Positions 19,803 through 29,743 are shown, numbered from the stretch's first letter. The stretch: DNA of 64,000 bases from Marinifilaceae bacterium (GCA_031553705.1 JAVBLD010000033.1:10054-74053), one strand, 5' to 3'. Notes: a model not told the origin generated them from the letters alone. Translations and numbers: made by a program.

Positions 19803-22328
19803 TTACAGGTTTTTATCCGGATATAGATTTTCCCACCAAGCCGGTTGTCCTTTCAGGTATTTGGCAAAATAAGCTAAGATAGTGTTGCCCCAGAATACAC
19901 GTTGTTTATAATCAACTACAGCGTGATCAGCGTCTTTTACAAATACCAGTTCAGCATCCCTGCCCAGTAGTTTTAAAGCGGTGTAGAACTGGATACTTTC
20001 ACCGGTAGGTACATTGACATCTTTGGTTCCGTGTATTAATAAGAGGGGTGTGTGTACCTTATCAGCATTAAATAACGGGCTTTGGTCTACATAAATATCT
20101 TTCCGGTTCCATGGGAAAGAGTGGGCTGTGGCATTGGTACTATAACTGTATCCCCAGTAACCTTCTCCCCAATAGCTTGAAATGGACGAGATCCCGGCAT
20201 GTGATATGGCACAGGTAAAGATGTCGGTTTGGGTGATTAAGTACATGGTGGTAAAACCTCCGTAAGAAGCGCCCATGCAACCTACTTTCTTCGCATCAAT
20301 GAAGGAGTGGGCTTTCATAAATGCTTTGGTAGAGGCAATGATCTCATCTGCTGTGATTTTACCCCAGTTATTCTGGTGCCGTGCAGAAAACTCCTGGCCG
20401 TATCCGATGGCTCCCGACGGTTGCATGACATATACCACATAGCCGAGCGCCGCATATAAATTAAAAGGCCAACGACCGCCAAATGTTCTCTCTACAGGAG
20501 TGGTCCCTCCGTAGTAGTATACAATCAGCGGGTATTTTTTAATGGGATCGAAATCCACAGGTAAGTAATAGCGCCCGTCGATAAGAGAACCTTTTTTATA
20601 CTGGTAATCCCAGTCCATTGTCTCCCCGAATACGATATTTTCATATCGTTCCTGCGCCAGATTTTCCCATATTTCCCCTTCCAGGTTATTGAGGTCGAAA
20701 GAGTATAGGCGGGCCGGATAACTGATTTCCGAAGCAAGGTACATCAGGCGGTCTGCTTTTTCTGAAACACTGATTGACAGGATATTATCTCCGGAGGTTT
20801 TTATCGGTGTGATGCTACCGTTTGCGTACCGGAACAAACGAAGGTAGTCGCCATCGTTGGCTGTGAAATAGATATGGCTGTCTTTATGCCATACCGCCTG
20901 CTGAATGGAGGGGTTGAAATTATTTGTTATCGGGAGTACCTGTTTATCATCGATATTGTATATATAAAGTTGACGGTCATACTGATTCGGGATCGGATTC
21001 CTTCCGATATTTTCTCCAAGTTTACCGAAAGCCGAAGGGCCTCCGCTGATTAACAACCGTCGATCGTCAGGCGAAAAACTGCATGAAACAGCATACAGGC
21101 GATCCTTCCATAATGTGTCCAGTTTCATTGTTTTCATATCCATGAGATAGATGGACTGTTTACTGTAAGGAAATTCGTCGTAAGCCGGAAAGGAAGTTGT
21201 AAAGATCAATTTATTTCCGGAGTGGCTGATATCCATCAGGGAAGTACTCAGATTGCCCCATGTCAAGCGGGAATGGAGGCCAGTTGTCATATCATATTTA
21301 CAGAGGTAGGAACGGTAACGGAAACGGGGTTGCCGGTCTTCGATACCTGCCAGTTTGCGTAGTTCCCAGTTGTTATCATTAAAGTTCTCCGTCACGGTAT
21401 AGATCAGGTAAGAATAATCGGGCGACCAGGCGTAGCTTTTGATCTTGGTGTCCGCTTTGATCAGGCAGGAGAGTTGTTTTTTTTCTATATCGTAAGCATA
21501 GAGTGATTGCGCTTCTCCTTCGTTTTGCAAAAAAGAGAGCTGGTCTTTACCGGGTACCCATTTTAGGTTGTTTACCTCGCCAAAAGAGTATACGATTTCT
21601 TTATTATCAACCCGATATACATAAGTTGTGGTACTTCTTTTGCTTTGAATTGATTCGGTAATTTCGGCCAGAAGATATTTTCCGGTAGGGGATACCGATA
21701 TTTGGCTGAATTGCTTGCCATTCAGTATGTCATAGATATTCTTACCTCTTTTAGGGGAGGTGCTGACAGTAATTTCTGATTTCTCGAAGTTTTTATCGGC
21801 CTTAAAGTGAGCAGTTAATATTTTTCCTCCTTTTGATACTGTTTTTACAATAATGGAGTGTTTGCCCGGTGCAAATTCGCATTTGACTGTTTTGTTGCTT
21901 GGGTTATCGTTTGTAACAGTTGCTTTCTTTATTCCATCAATGTAGATTTCGGCATTCCCGAAAAGACGGAAGATAAGATCGCCGGTCAGCCATTCATTGT
22001 TTTTTAAATAGGTAGCATAATAAAACAACCAGATTTCTTTCTCATCAACAACATTTCGGAGGGTATCTCCGTCAAATTCGGCTTTTGTCCACTGCATGTG
22101 AGGAAATCCTTTTTCCGCTTTACCCTCGTCCGGCACCAGGTTTTCCGGGTTTAAACCTGAATATTCGAGCAACATTTCGTTAGTAAATACCTTATTATTA
22201 ACATCTTTTGTGTTTCTCAGTACAGGTTTTTCAATTTTGATCGGTGTGAGTTGCAACCATTGGTTTATGGTCTGGCCACTGAGATTTACGGTATAGGTAA
22301 AAAACAGTAAAAAGAGTAGTTTTTTCAT
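19803..22328 (-). CDS. S9 family serine peptidase (prolyl oligopeptidase/DPP type) with a beta-propeller and an extra N-terminal domain
   Basis: Signal peptide present. The nucleophile elbow is GASYGG, followed by HGTKDVNVP and DADHAV (Ser-Asp-His order). Confidence 0.85.
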   Translation of the reverse strand: MKKLLFLLFFTYTVNLSGQTINQWLQLTPIKIEKPVLRNTKDVNNKVFTNEMLLEYSGLNPENLVPDEGKAEKGFPHMQWTKAEFDGDTLRNVVDEKEIWLFYYATYLKNNEWLTGDLIFRLFGNAEIYIDGIKKATVTNDNPSNKTVKCEFAPGKHSIIVKTVSKGGKILTAHFKADKNFEKSEITVSTSPKRGKNIYDILNGKQFSQISVSPTGKYLLAEITESIQSKRSTTTYVYRVDNKEIVYSFGEVNNLKWVPGKDQLSFLQNEGEAQSLYAYDIEKKQLSCLIKADTKIKSYAWSPDYSYLIYTVTENFNDNNWELRKLAGIEDRQPRFRYRSYLCKYDMTTGLHSRLTWGNLSTSLMDISHSGNKLIFTTSFPAYDEFPYSKQSIYLMDMKTMKLDTLWKDRLYAVSCSFSPDDRRLLISGGPSAFGKLGENIGRNPIPNQYDRQLYIYNIDDKQVLPITNNFNPSIQQAVWHKDSHIYFTANDGDYLRLFRYANGSITPIKTSGDNILSISVSEKADRLMYLASEISYPARLYSFDLNNLEGEIWENLAQERYENIVFGETMDWDYQYKKGSLIDGRYYLPVDFDPIKKYPLIVYYYGGTTPVERTFGGRWPFNLYAALGYVVYVMQPSGAIGYGQEFSARHQNNWGKITADEIIASTKAFMKAHSFIDAKKVGCMGASYGGFTTMYLITQTDIFTCAISHAGISSISSYWGEGYWGYSYSTNATAHSFPWNRKDIYVDQSPLFNADKVHTPLLLIHGTKDVNVPTGESIQFYTALKLLGRDAELVFVKDADHAVVDYKQRVFWGNTILAYFAKYLKGQPAWWENLYPDKNL

Positions 22329-22486
22329 GAGTATATAATTTGATTAAATGATTATTGCCTTCTTACAAATATAAGTGAATTTATTTTATATATCCTTTTG
22401 ATGTCGGAAAAGATATTTGCTATTCTTTAAAGCAGACAGTAGCCTGTTATTTATTATTAAATATTGTGCAGGGTGAAAAGAAACGC

Positions 22487-22494
22487 TATCTTTG
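22487..22494 (+). promoter_or_regulatory. Bacteroides-type -7 promoter box (TATCTTTG)
   Basis: Matches TAnnTTTG and lies 45 nt upstream of the ATG at 22539. It falls inside the TTG-extended ORF given in the track. Confidence 0.5.
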
Positions 22495-22538
22495 CTTATC
22501 GGAAAATCGATGTGTTAGATTATTTTAAACTAAGATGT

Positions 22539-24722
22539 ATGCAATATTTTCTTTTTTTTGCAGTGTTGTGGTTCTCAATTTATACCTCTGAGGCACAAAC
22601 ATTACCGGTATGGAATGGTTCCAATGATGGCCGTTATGCAGTGAATGATTGGCTGATAAAGCCGATAACAGAAAAAGCGGAAATATACTTTAGTTCCGAC
22701 GGAAAAGAGGTTGTCCTCTATAACGGATTAGTAAAACGGACCTTCCGTATCACTCCTGATGTGGCTTGCGTGGATTATATCAATATGATTGATGGCCGGC
22801 AGATTCTAAGGGCCATCAAACCGGAGGCGCGAATTAATTTGAATGGGATCGATTATAATGTCGGAGGGCTTTACGGACAAAAGGAGAACGCCTATATTAT
22901 ACGGGAATGGGTAGATCAATTGAAAAAAGGTAAGGACGGATTTCATTATGTGTCATATGAAATTACTGACATTAGGCCATTTATAAATACAAAGTTTAAT
23001 TATTGGGCGGGAAATACCCGGCAGACAACGGGTAAAATGATAACATTCCACTACCGGGCGGAAGCGTTAAAAGGAGTGGAACTGGCTGTTCATTATGAAT
23101 TGTATGATGGGATTCCGGTAATCTGTAAATGGCTTTCGGTTGAGAATAAAACAGGGCAATCTGTTCAGGTCAACCGGGTTGTCAATGAAATTCTGGCTGT
23201 TGTAGAGGAGCAGAGCGCGGTTGTCGGAGATGTTGATAAAATGGCCAAGCCGGCCTCCATTTATATCGAGACCAATTATGCATATAATAACGCCATGCGT
23301 TATGATCTGAGCGATCAGACTACCCATTGGAAAAGAGATTGTACTTATACTTCTCAGGTTAACTACGACTATAATACGCCCTGTTTATTGGAGGTTTATC
23401 CGGAAAAAGCTCCCAATATAACTTTGGAGCCGGGAGAGATCTTCCGCTCTGTACGTTCTTATGAGCTTTTAATGGACAGTTACGACCGGGAACGAAGAGG
23501 GTTGGCTATACGCCGTATGTACCGGACCATCGCTCCTTGGACTACCGGTAACCCAATATTTATGCATCTTGTGAGCAGAAATGATGAGCAGGTGTATACT
23601 GCCATAGATCAGTGTGTAGCCACCGGCTACGAGGCTTTGATCCTTAGTTTCGGTAGTCATCTGAGCATGGAAAAATCTTCTCCTGAGAATTATGAAAAGT
23701 GGAAAAAAATAGCAGATTATGCCCATCAGAAAGGAATAAAGATCGGAGGGTATACATTATTCAGTTCAAGGCGAATAGGGCCTGATACAGATGTCATTGA
23801 TCCTAAAACAGGAAAACCGGGAGGCGCATTCTTCGGAAATGCTCCCTGCTTTTGCAGCCGGTGGGGATTGGATTATCGCGATCATATCATAGCATTTTTT
23901 GAAAATACCGGATTTGATATTCTGGAAATGGACGGTCCTTATCCAGGTGATGTATGCGCCTCAACTAATCATCCGGGGCATAAAGGACTGGATGATTCGC
24001 AGTGGCGGCAAATGGAAATGCAAAAGAGCCTTTTTCATTGGATGGCGACCCGTGGTGTTTATGTCAACGCGCCCGACTGGTATTTTTTGGATGGAACCAA
24101 TAAGATAGGGCTAGGTTACAGGGAAGCAAATTTTTCGTTATCTCGCGCACAACAAAAAATATTAAACCGTCAGAATATTTTTGACGGTACATGGGAAAAA
24201 TTACCTGCGATGGGGTGGGGATTTGTTCCCCTGACAATTTACCAGGGAGGAGGAGCGGAGAGTATATTGGAACCTCTTTGCGAACATTTAAAGGATTATG
24301 AGCAGCTAATGGCACAATATTATGGAGCAGGCATTCAAGCTTGTTATCGCGGTCCGAGGCTCTATGATACCGAAGAGACCAAACAGGTCGTTATAGCAAT
24401 GATAGCATGGTATAAAAAATACCGGGATATACTGAATTCCGATATTATTCACCTAAGGCGTGCGGATGGCCGCGATTGGGACGGAATCTTGCATGTAAAT
24501 CCGGAGTTAAAAGAGAAAGGGCTTTTAATGCTATACAATCCCCTGGATAAAAAGATTACCCGGACCATAAAATTGCCGCTCTATTATACCGGCTTGAATC
24601 GAAGAGTGAAAATCCGCGAAAAAGAGAATCGTCTGGTAACCTACACAATGAACAGGGATTATACCGTAGATTTTACGTTTACACTCGAACCGGATACATA
24701 CTCCTGGTTTGTAATAGAGTAA
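22539..24722 (+). CDS. secreted protein, possibly a glycoside-hydrolase-like TIM-barrel enzyme (function uncertain)
   Basis: I place the start at the internal ATG (MQYFLFFAVLWFSIYTSEAQ is a signal peptide). The central region (GYEALILSFG..., GIKIGGYTL, DILEMDGPYPGD) resembles melibiase/alpha-galactosidase-type barrels, but I recognise no definitive motif. Confidence 0.4.
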   Translation: MQYFLFFAVLWFSIYTSEAQTLPVWNGSNDGRYAVNDWLIKPITEKAEIYFSSDGKEVVLYNGLVKRTFRITPDVACVDYINMIDGRQILRAIKPEARINLNGIDYNVGGLYGQKENAYIIREWVDQLKKGKDGFHYVSYEITDIRPFINTKFNYWAGNTRQTTGKMITFHYRAEALKGVELAVHYELYDGIPVICKWLSVENKTGQSVQVNRVVNEILAVVEEQSAVVGDVDKMAKPASIYIETNYAYNNAMRYDLSDQTTHWKRDCTYTSQVNYDYNTPCLLEVYPEKAPNITLEPGEIFRSVRSYELLMDSYDRERRGLAIRRMYRTIAPWTTGNPIFMHLVSRNDEQVYTAIDQCVATGYEALILSFGSHLSMEKSSPENYEKWKKIADYAHQKGIKIGGYTLFSSRRIGPDTDVIDPKTGKPGGAFFGNAPCFCSRWGLDYRDHIIAFFENTGFDILEMDGPYPGDVCASTNHPGHKGLDDSQWRQMEMQKSLFHWMATRGVYVNAPDWYFLDGTNKIGLGYREANFSLSRAQQKILNRQNIFDGTWEKLPAMGWGFVPLTIYQGGGAESILEPLCEHLKDYEQLMAQYYGAGIQACYRGPRLYDTEETKQVVIAMIAWYKKYRDILNSDIIHLRRADGRDWDGILHVNPELKEKGLLMLYNPLDKKITRTIKLPLYYTGLNRRVKIREKENRLVTYTMNRDYTVDFTFTLEPDTYSWFVIE

Positions 24723-24851
24723 TTGCCATGATATTGAATAATATTTATGTTCTGCAATAACCTAGCTGTTTGTTTTTATAGGAGGATTTTATACATTCGC
24801 AGTAAAAATAGAATATATCGTGTTATAAACTGATTTAAATAAATATTAATT

Positions 24852-25562
24852 ATGATTCCCAGCGATTTTATCAAGCAATTTCGAGAAGCATTCGGAGACA
24901 ATGCTGAATTGCCGATTGTTTTTTGGTATTCTTCAGAAGCTAATCCACCTCCGGTGCAATCGCAGAAATGTTGTATCCAGGATTTAAAAAAGGCGAGAGA
25001 AGGTGTTACGATTACTTTTGATGTCGAAGCAATCTCTTGTATGGGGGGGAAATTATATACCGGTCTGGGAGAAATATCGATGGGAGTAGCCCAATATATG
25101 CCTATAAGAGAGAAATACAAACAGAGAGGAGAGCTCGTTGCTGAGTTTATTCATGATTTGGATCTGGTAAAAGCGACCAAACCGTATATCTGTTTTAGCC
25201 GTATCGATAAAATCGATCACTTTGATGATATCGAAGGAGTTATTTTTTTCGCTACTCCTGATATATTGACCGGCTTGATATCATGGGTTTTATTTGATAC
25301 GAATCTGGAAGGTGCCGTATCTGTTCCTTTTGGTTCCGGGTGTAGTTCGATTGTTTCGCAGGTTGTTGTTGAAAATCGCAAAAGGGGTAAACGTACTTTC
25401 ATGGGGTTGTTTGACCCGTCGACAAGGTTAAATATTGAACCTAATATATTGAGCCTTGCAATTCCGATGTCCCGCTTTAAGGAGATGTGCGAAACGATGT
25501 GTCTGTGCTGTTTGAAAGATTCATTTTCTTGGAGTAAAGTAAGGGAGAGGATTAATTCCTGA
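24852..25562 (+). CDS. DUF169 domain protein
   Basis: The pattern ..ELPIVFWYS....., C.QDL..AR.G....F....ISC.GGK.Y.GLG matches my recollection of the DUF169 (COG2043) family. Confidence 0.5.
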   Translation: MIPSDFIKQFREAFGDNAELPIVFWYSSEANPPPVQSQKCCIQDLKKAREGVTITFDVEAISCMGGKLYTGLGEISMGVAQYMPIREKYKQRGELVAEFIHDLDLVKATKPYICFSRIDKIDHFDDIEGVIFFATPDILTGLISWVLFDTNLEGAVSVPFGSGCSSIVSQVVVENRKRGKRTFMGLFDPSTRLNIEPNILSLAIPMSRFKEMCETMCLCCLKDSFSWSKVRERINS

Positions 25563-25682
25563 AAAATATGAAGAAAGGGACTCTCAAAATATCCTAGTTG
25601 AGAATTGAATATTCAGTTTTGCTCTCTGGTAGGGAGCCGAATAAAACGGGGATACCAAACACTTTTTAGAGTCTCATTTTTA

Positions 25683-26309
25683 TTATAAGATAGGAAACAG
25701 GATAAATACCATTACGTCCCATAATGCATGCGATATAAGCAATGGCGCGAGGTTAGGCGGTTTAAACAACATATAGATGAATCCCCAGAATGCACCGCAA
25801 ACCAATGCCGCCATGACAAGCATAAAATTGAATGAAAAGACGTGTACAATAGCATATATAAACGTGGTTATAATAAATCCCTGCCAATTGCCCAGTCGTT
25901 TCATCATGTCAGTTTGTACCAGTCCCTGCCAGAAAATAACTTCCGCGGGACCTACGATAAAGAGCAACTCCAATGCAATCAACACATTATTTGTATCATC
26001 ACGTAGGCTGTAAATAGACGAAACCTGAGGTTTGGCAAAATCAAACCATAAGGAGGAAAGATAATTCCCGACATAGAATATTATCCATAACAGGCAAGCG
26101 GAACATATTCCTATCAGTATGCTTACAATATCAAATCGGAAAGCACCCTTCCACTCTTTTTGGGATAAAAAACTTGTCAAAATCAATATTGATGCCGAGA
26201 AAAACATCGATAACCAAAAGTTAAAGTAATAAGATGTCCATGGCGAGAACATAACAAACCAAAGCAAACAGGTGATCGAAATAGGAATAATCAATTTTTT
26301 CATATCCAC
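25683..26309 (-). CDS. CPBP family intramembrane glutamic endopeptidase (CAAX protease-like)
   Basis: Polytopic membrane protein. Motif 1-like PAEVIFWQG, FIYAIVH (FxxxH) and a C-terminal HALWD. Confidence 0.75.
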   Translation of the reverse strand: MDMKKLIIPISITCLLWFVMFSPWTSYYFNFWLSMFFSASILILTSFLSQKEWKGAFRFDIVSILIGICSACLLWIIFYVGNYLSSLWFDFAKPQVSSIYSLRDDTNNVLIALELLFIVGPAEVIFWQGLVQTDMMKRLGNWQGFIITTFIYAIVHVFSFNFMLVMAALVCGAFWGFIYMLFKPPNLAPLLISHALWDVMVFILFPIL

Positions 26310-27214
26310 AGGGATATAAATATCAGACCTGCCAGCAATGTACTGAACATTAACTGTAATTGTGCTGTTCTTACATCAAGATCGACAATGTTGGAAGGAT
26401 TATTGGTAGAGGCTGTGCTCATTATCCGGCAATTATTTACAGCTACTGGCAATGTCAATAGAACGCCTAGTACCACCCAGTGCAGGCTTCCGAAACCAAT
26501 CATCGCAATAAGGGAAAGGTAAGCAATAACGAGTAGTAATTTATATTCCGTAATAGAAGCTTTTACACCGACCAGCATGGCAAAGGTGCGAATATTTGCT
26601 CGTTTATCATGGACGATATCCCGGGTGTTATTGGCATGAAGAATGTTTACAGTAATACAACCGATCGGAATGCACAATCCAACCGCGTTCCAGTCAAAAG
26701 TGGAAGTCATCGCATAAAATGTTCCCAGCATAATCAGGGGGCCATAAGTAATAAAGATGAGGAAATCACCTAAGGCTCTGTATTTGAATTGATAATAGAA
26801 AAGAGCCGATATTACACCCAGCCCACCGATAAATAACAGAGGAATGCCGGTATGATAAAAAAGAAATAATCCAAGTGTAATGCCTGAGATAAGAAAAACA
26901 ATTCCCAAATTTAAAATAGTTTGCGGAGCAAATGTTTTATTCACCAATAAACGGCTCGAACCGAATGTATCCTCCCTGTCTACTCCCTGTTTGTAATCGA
27001 AATAGTCGCTGATCAGATTCCCGCTGATCTGAAAAAGCACTGCTCCTAAAATGGATAATATCCCGAATAACCAGTTAGGATGGATACCTGGTTGATTTCT
27101 GTATAGAAAAAATACATATACAAAGATTACTAAAGCCGGCATGCTTGATGCAGGGAAAGACCAAGGGCGAACAGCTATAATCCAGTCTTTTGCCGTAGGT
27201 TTGTTTTTTATCAT
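26300..27214 (-). CDS. menA: 1,4-dihydroxy-2-naphthoate polyprenyltransferase (UbiA superfamily)
   Basis: 304 aa, roughly 8-9 TM segments, an N..SDYFDYKQGVD Asp-rich motif and an MenA-like N-terminus (W..A.RP.SF..S..P). Confidence 0.75.
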   Translation of the reverse strand: MIKNKPTAKDWIIAVRPWSFPASSMPALVIFVYVFFLYRNQPGIHPNWLFGILSILGAVLFQISGNLISDYFDYKQGVDREDTFGSSRLLVNKTFAPQTILNLGIVFLISGITLGLFLFYHTGIPLLFIGGLGVISALFYYQFKYRALGDFLIFITYGPLIMLGTFYAMTSTFDWNAVGLCIPIGCITVNILHANNTRDIVHDKRANIRTFAMLVGVKASITEYKLLLVIAYLSLIAMIGFGSLHWVVLGVLLTLPVAVNNCRIMSTASTNNPSNIVDLDVRTAQLQLMFSTLLAGLIFISLWI

Positions 27215-27411
27215 TGGTGTATCATAAATTTGACATGGTAAGCCGGTATGTACATCATATCGGACAGATGTCTGATTAATGTATTAAGTACCAAAGGTAG
27301 GTATCTTCTTTTGAACATCTGAATGTTTAATAGCAAATAATTGTGAATTTATCTGGTAAAAACGCATAATCATTCATTAGAGAAGTAAAAGAAATCTGGT
27401 GCTATATCAAT

Positions 27412-27441
27412 AAAAGGAGGTGTTTTTTAATACCTCCTTTT
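27412..27441 (-). terminator. intrinsic terminator downstream of the flotillin gene
   Basis: AAAAGGAGGT (27412-27421) pairs with ACCTCCTTTT (27432-27441) across a 10-nt loop, with T runs on both strands. Confidence 0.65.
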
Positions 27442-27495
27442 ACTGATTTTAAATCTAATCTTTTTCTGTATTTAAAGGATCGATTTTTTATTTCT

Positions 27496-28878
27496 TTATT
27501 TTTTTTCTTCCGGTTTTACCTCTTCACTCTCTTTGGCGCTTCCTATTGCATCTCCTTTCAAGTATTTGGGTAAATCCAGTCCAGCCATATTGAACAGGTC
27601 ATTTAAAGGAGGAATTGATTTCATCATTCCAGAAATGAAGTTGGCAGTGGAAGTTGTGTCGCTTTTCCCATTATTGCCGTCCCATATCGTGATCTTGTCA
27701 ATTTTGATGTTCTTTATAGCTTCAACCTGTGTTTTCACCAACTCGGGAAGTTTTTCGATCAAAAGCAACTGATAGGCCTTCGAAGGATCGCCTCCTGCTG
27801 CATGAACCACTTTGTCATATCCGTCGGCTTGTTTGGTCAGAATCTCAAACAAGCCCCGGGCCTCCGCATCCATCTTGACAAAGATTGCATCGGCCTCTCC
27901 TTTGGCATTCTCACGTACCTTCTCGGCTTCGGCCTGTGCTTCGATGATCCGTCGTTTCTTTTCGATTTCGGTAGGAACGATCACATTGGCCTGTTGCGTC
28001 GCACGTTCACGTTCGGCTCGGACGTTCTCAGCCTGCTGTTCGGCTGCATAGGCGTCCTGTAAGGCTTTGGCTTGTTGTACCTTTTCTGCCGATATTGCTA
28101 TGCGCAATGCTTCAGCCTCTTTTTCCCGGCGCGTCGCATCGGAATTTGCAATCTCTATTTTGGATTGGTTTTCTCCTTTTACAGCAATTGCGTTGGCTTC
28201 GGCTGTTTTGATACGGGTATCCCGTACTGCTTCCGCTTGACCGATTTCTCCGATTTTTTCCTGGACCGCAACACTTACTTTGGCTTCGTTGATCGCTTTG
28301 GCAGCCGCTTCACGTCCTAAAGCTTCAATATATCCCGACTCATCTTTGATGTCGGTTACATTCACGTTAATCAACTTCAGGCCGATTTTTTTTAATTCGG
28401 CCTCCACATTGGTAGAGATACTTTCGAGAAATTTATCCCGGTCTGCGTTAATTTCTTCAATGGTCATCGTTGCAATCACCAGGCGGAGCTGTCCGAATAA
28501 TATATCGCTGGCCAACTCCTGTATCTGCTCCGAGCTAAGTCCCAACAATCTTTCGGCAGCATTATTCATACTTTCCGGTTCCGTCGAGATACCTACCGTA
28601 AATCGGCAAGGCACATCCACACGGATATTTTGTCCGCTCAAAGCATTTGTCAGATTTGCTTCAATAGAAATAGGCTTCAGGTTCAAATAGGCATAGTCCT
28701 GGATGACAGGCCAAATAAAGGCACCTCCTCCGTGGATACACTTAGCCGACGATCCGCCGGTATTACCGTAAACAACTAGAATCTTGTCCGAGGGACAACG
28801 TTTGTAACGTTTGATTAATGATGTGATCAGAATAAAGCAAACGACAATCGCAATAATAAGAAGATAAATGGGCTCCAT
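27496..28878 (-). CDS. flotillin-like SPFH domain protein (YqiK type)
   Basis: N-terminal TM segment, an SPFH/Band-7 domain, then a long Ala/Glu/Lys-rich coiled coil (..EAQAEAEKVRENAKGEADA..). Confidence 0.85.
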   Translation of the reverse strand: MEPIYLLIIAIVVCFILITSLIKRYKRCPSDKILVVYGNTGGSSAKCIHGGGAFIWPVIQDYAYLNLKPISIEANLTNALSGQNIRVDVPCRFTVGISTEPESMNNAAERLLGLSSEQIQELASDILFGQLRLVIATMTIEEINADRDKFLESISTNVEAELKKIGLKLINVNVTDIKDESGYIEALGREAAAKAINEAKVSVAVQEKIGEIGQAEAVRDTRIKTAEANAIAVKGENQSKIEIANSDATRREKEAEALRIAISAEKVQQAKALQDAYAAEQQAENVRAERERATQQANVIVPTEIEKKRRIIEAQAEAEKVRENAKGEADAIFVKMDAEARGLFEILTKQADGYDKVVHAAGGDPSKAYQLLLIEKLPELVKTQVEAIKNIKIDKITIWDGNNGKSDTTSTANFISGMMKSIPPLNDLFNMAGLDLPKYLKGDAIGSAKESEEVKPEEKK

Positions 28879-28884
28879 GATTGA

Positions 28885-29460
28885 TTATGAATTAAGATTT
28901 ATAGATGATACCATGACTGTTTGATTGTCAATGATCTTTGTTACTTTTGCTTTAGCTCCGGTCGGAATTTTATCTCCTTCCGTCATTGCTGCTATTTCAT
29001 GATAGGCACCTCCGACACTGACCTGGATTTTGCCTTTTCCTTTCATCTCGCCCGGGATTACCAGATATACGTCAGCCGTTTTTCCGACTGTGTCCGAGAT
29101 TTTAAAGGTCTTGTCCGCTGCCAGCTTCGTTATTTGTATAATTAGGAAAAAGAAAACCGCAACAAAAAGGAGACCGATTAGAACAGATATAAGGTTTAAC
29201 CAGAATGTTGAGTGAATTGTAGTGTAAAAACAGACTGCCGCCCAGCCGTAACCTAAAAAGAAATTGACAAAGTTTCTAAATGAAAATATGTGCCCTGGGG
29301 AGTCATTATCCAGATTGCCGTCAAAATCGGCACTCATTCCGTCCGAAGCGTCCATTCCGATGAATGTCATAACCATCTGTATAATAAAAATTATACTTGT
29401 GATCAATGCGATACCCCAGTATATTTTCAATGCGGGTTCTAAACTGTAATACCATTCCAT
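28885..29460 (-). CDS. NfeD/YqiJ-like membrane protein, flotillin partner
   Basis: Three TM segments and a C-terminal OB-fold-like segment (GKGKIQVSVGGAYHEIAAM). It ends 6 nt upstream of the flotillin start. Confidence 0.6.
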   Translation of the reverse strand: MEWYYSLEPALKIYWGIALITSIIFIIQMVMTFIGMDASDGMSADFDGNLDNDSPGHIFSFRNFVNFFLGYGWAAVCFYTTIHSTFWLNLISVLIGLLFVAVFFFLIIQITKLAADKTFKISDTVGKTADVYLVIPGEMKGKGKIQVSVGGAYHEIAAMTEGDKIPTGAKAKVTKIIDNQTVMVSSINLNS

Positions 29461-29593
29461 AAATTGAAAATTAATTTTTTTTGTTAAAGATAATCAATTA
29501 TTTTAATGTTGCAATATAAAAACAGAATGATAAAATAGTTTTTTCAGGTTAATTTATAGGGTGAAAACCGATCGTAGATTTAAACAAAAGTGC

Positions 29594-29601
29594 TATCTTT
29601 G
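29594..29601 (+). promoter_or_regulatory. Bacteroides-type -7 promoter box (TATCTTTG)
   Basis: Matches TAnnTTTG, 37 nt upstream of the ATG at 29639. Confidence 0.45.
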
Positions 29602-29638
29602 ACATTTGAAAATAATAACCTTTTAAAATCTTACAGCC

Positions 29639-29743
29639 ATGGGAAAAGAAAAAAGCGTTAAAAAAGAGGCAAAGAAAGAGCCGACAAAAACTTTGAAAGA
29701 GAAGAGACAGGAAAAGAAAGCGAAAAAAGAAAAGCAAGGATAA
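29639..29743 (+). CDS. candidate 34-aa Lys/Glu-rich microprotein (below the ORF-track length cutoff)
   Basis: ATG..TAA encodes MGKEKSVKKEAKKEPTKTLKEKRQEKKAKKEKQG. A promoter box lies upstream and a 10-bp-stem terminator lies 28 nt downstream. Confidence 0.4.
   Translation: MGKEKSVKKEAKKEPTKTLKEKRQEKKAKKEKQG

Noticed and set aside
22464-22538. TTG-initiated N-terminal extension of the 752-aa ORF in the track.
   Set aside because: A TAnnTTTG promoter box lies inside the extension. The internal ATG at 22539 is followed immediately by a canonical signal peptide, so the shorter form is more plausible.
25578-25676. Long-range imperfect inverted repeat (GGGACTCTCAAAA ... TTTTTAGAGTCTC) between the convergent DUF169 and CPBP genes, considered as a small RNA.
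   Set aside because: Only 11 of 13 positions pair and the loop is about 70 nt. The location between two convergent 3' ends is adequately explained by a loose bidirectional terminator region.
27496-29460. Flotillin/NfeD pair considered as a novel system.
   Set aside because: SPFH-NfeD operons are widespread and already described, and nothing in the sequence departs from the standard architecture.
29549-29737. 62-aa minus-strand ORF (Phe/Leu-rich).
   Set aside because: It is the antisense image of the purine-rich Lys/Glu ORF. It has no promoter box, and the ybaK terminator hairpin lies directly upstream. The plus-strand mini-gene has both a promoter box and a terminator.
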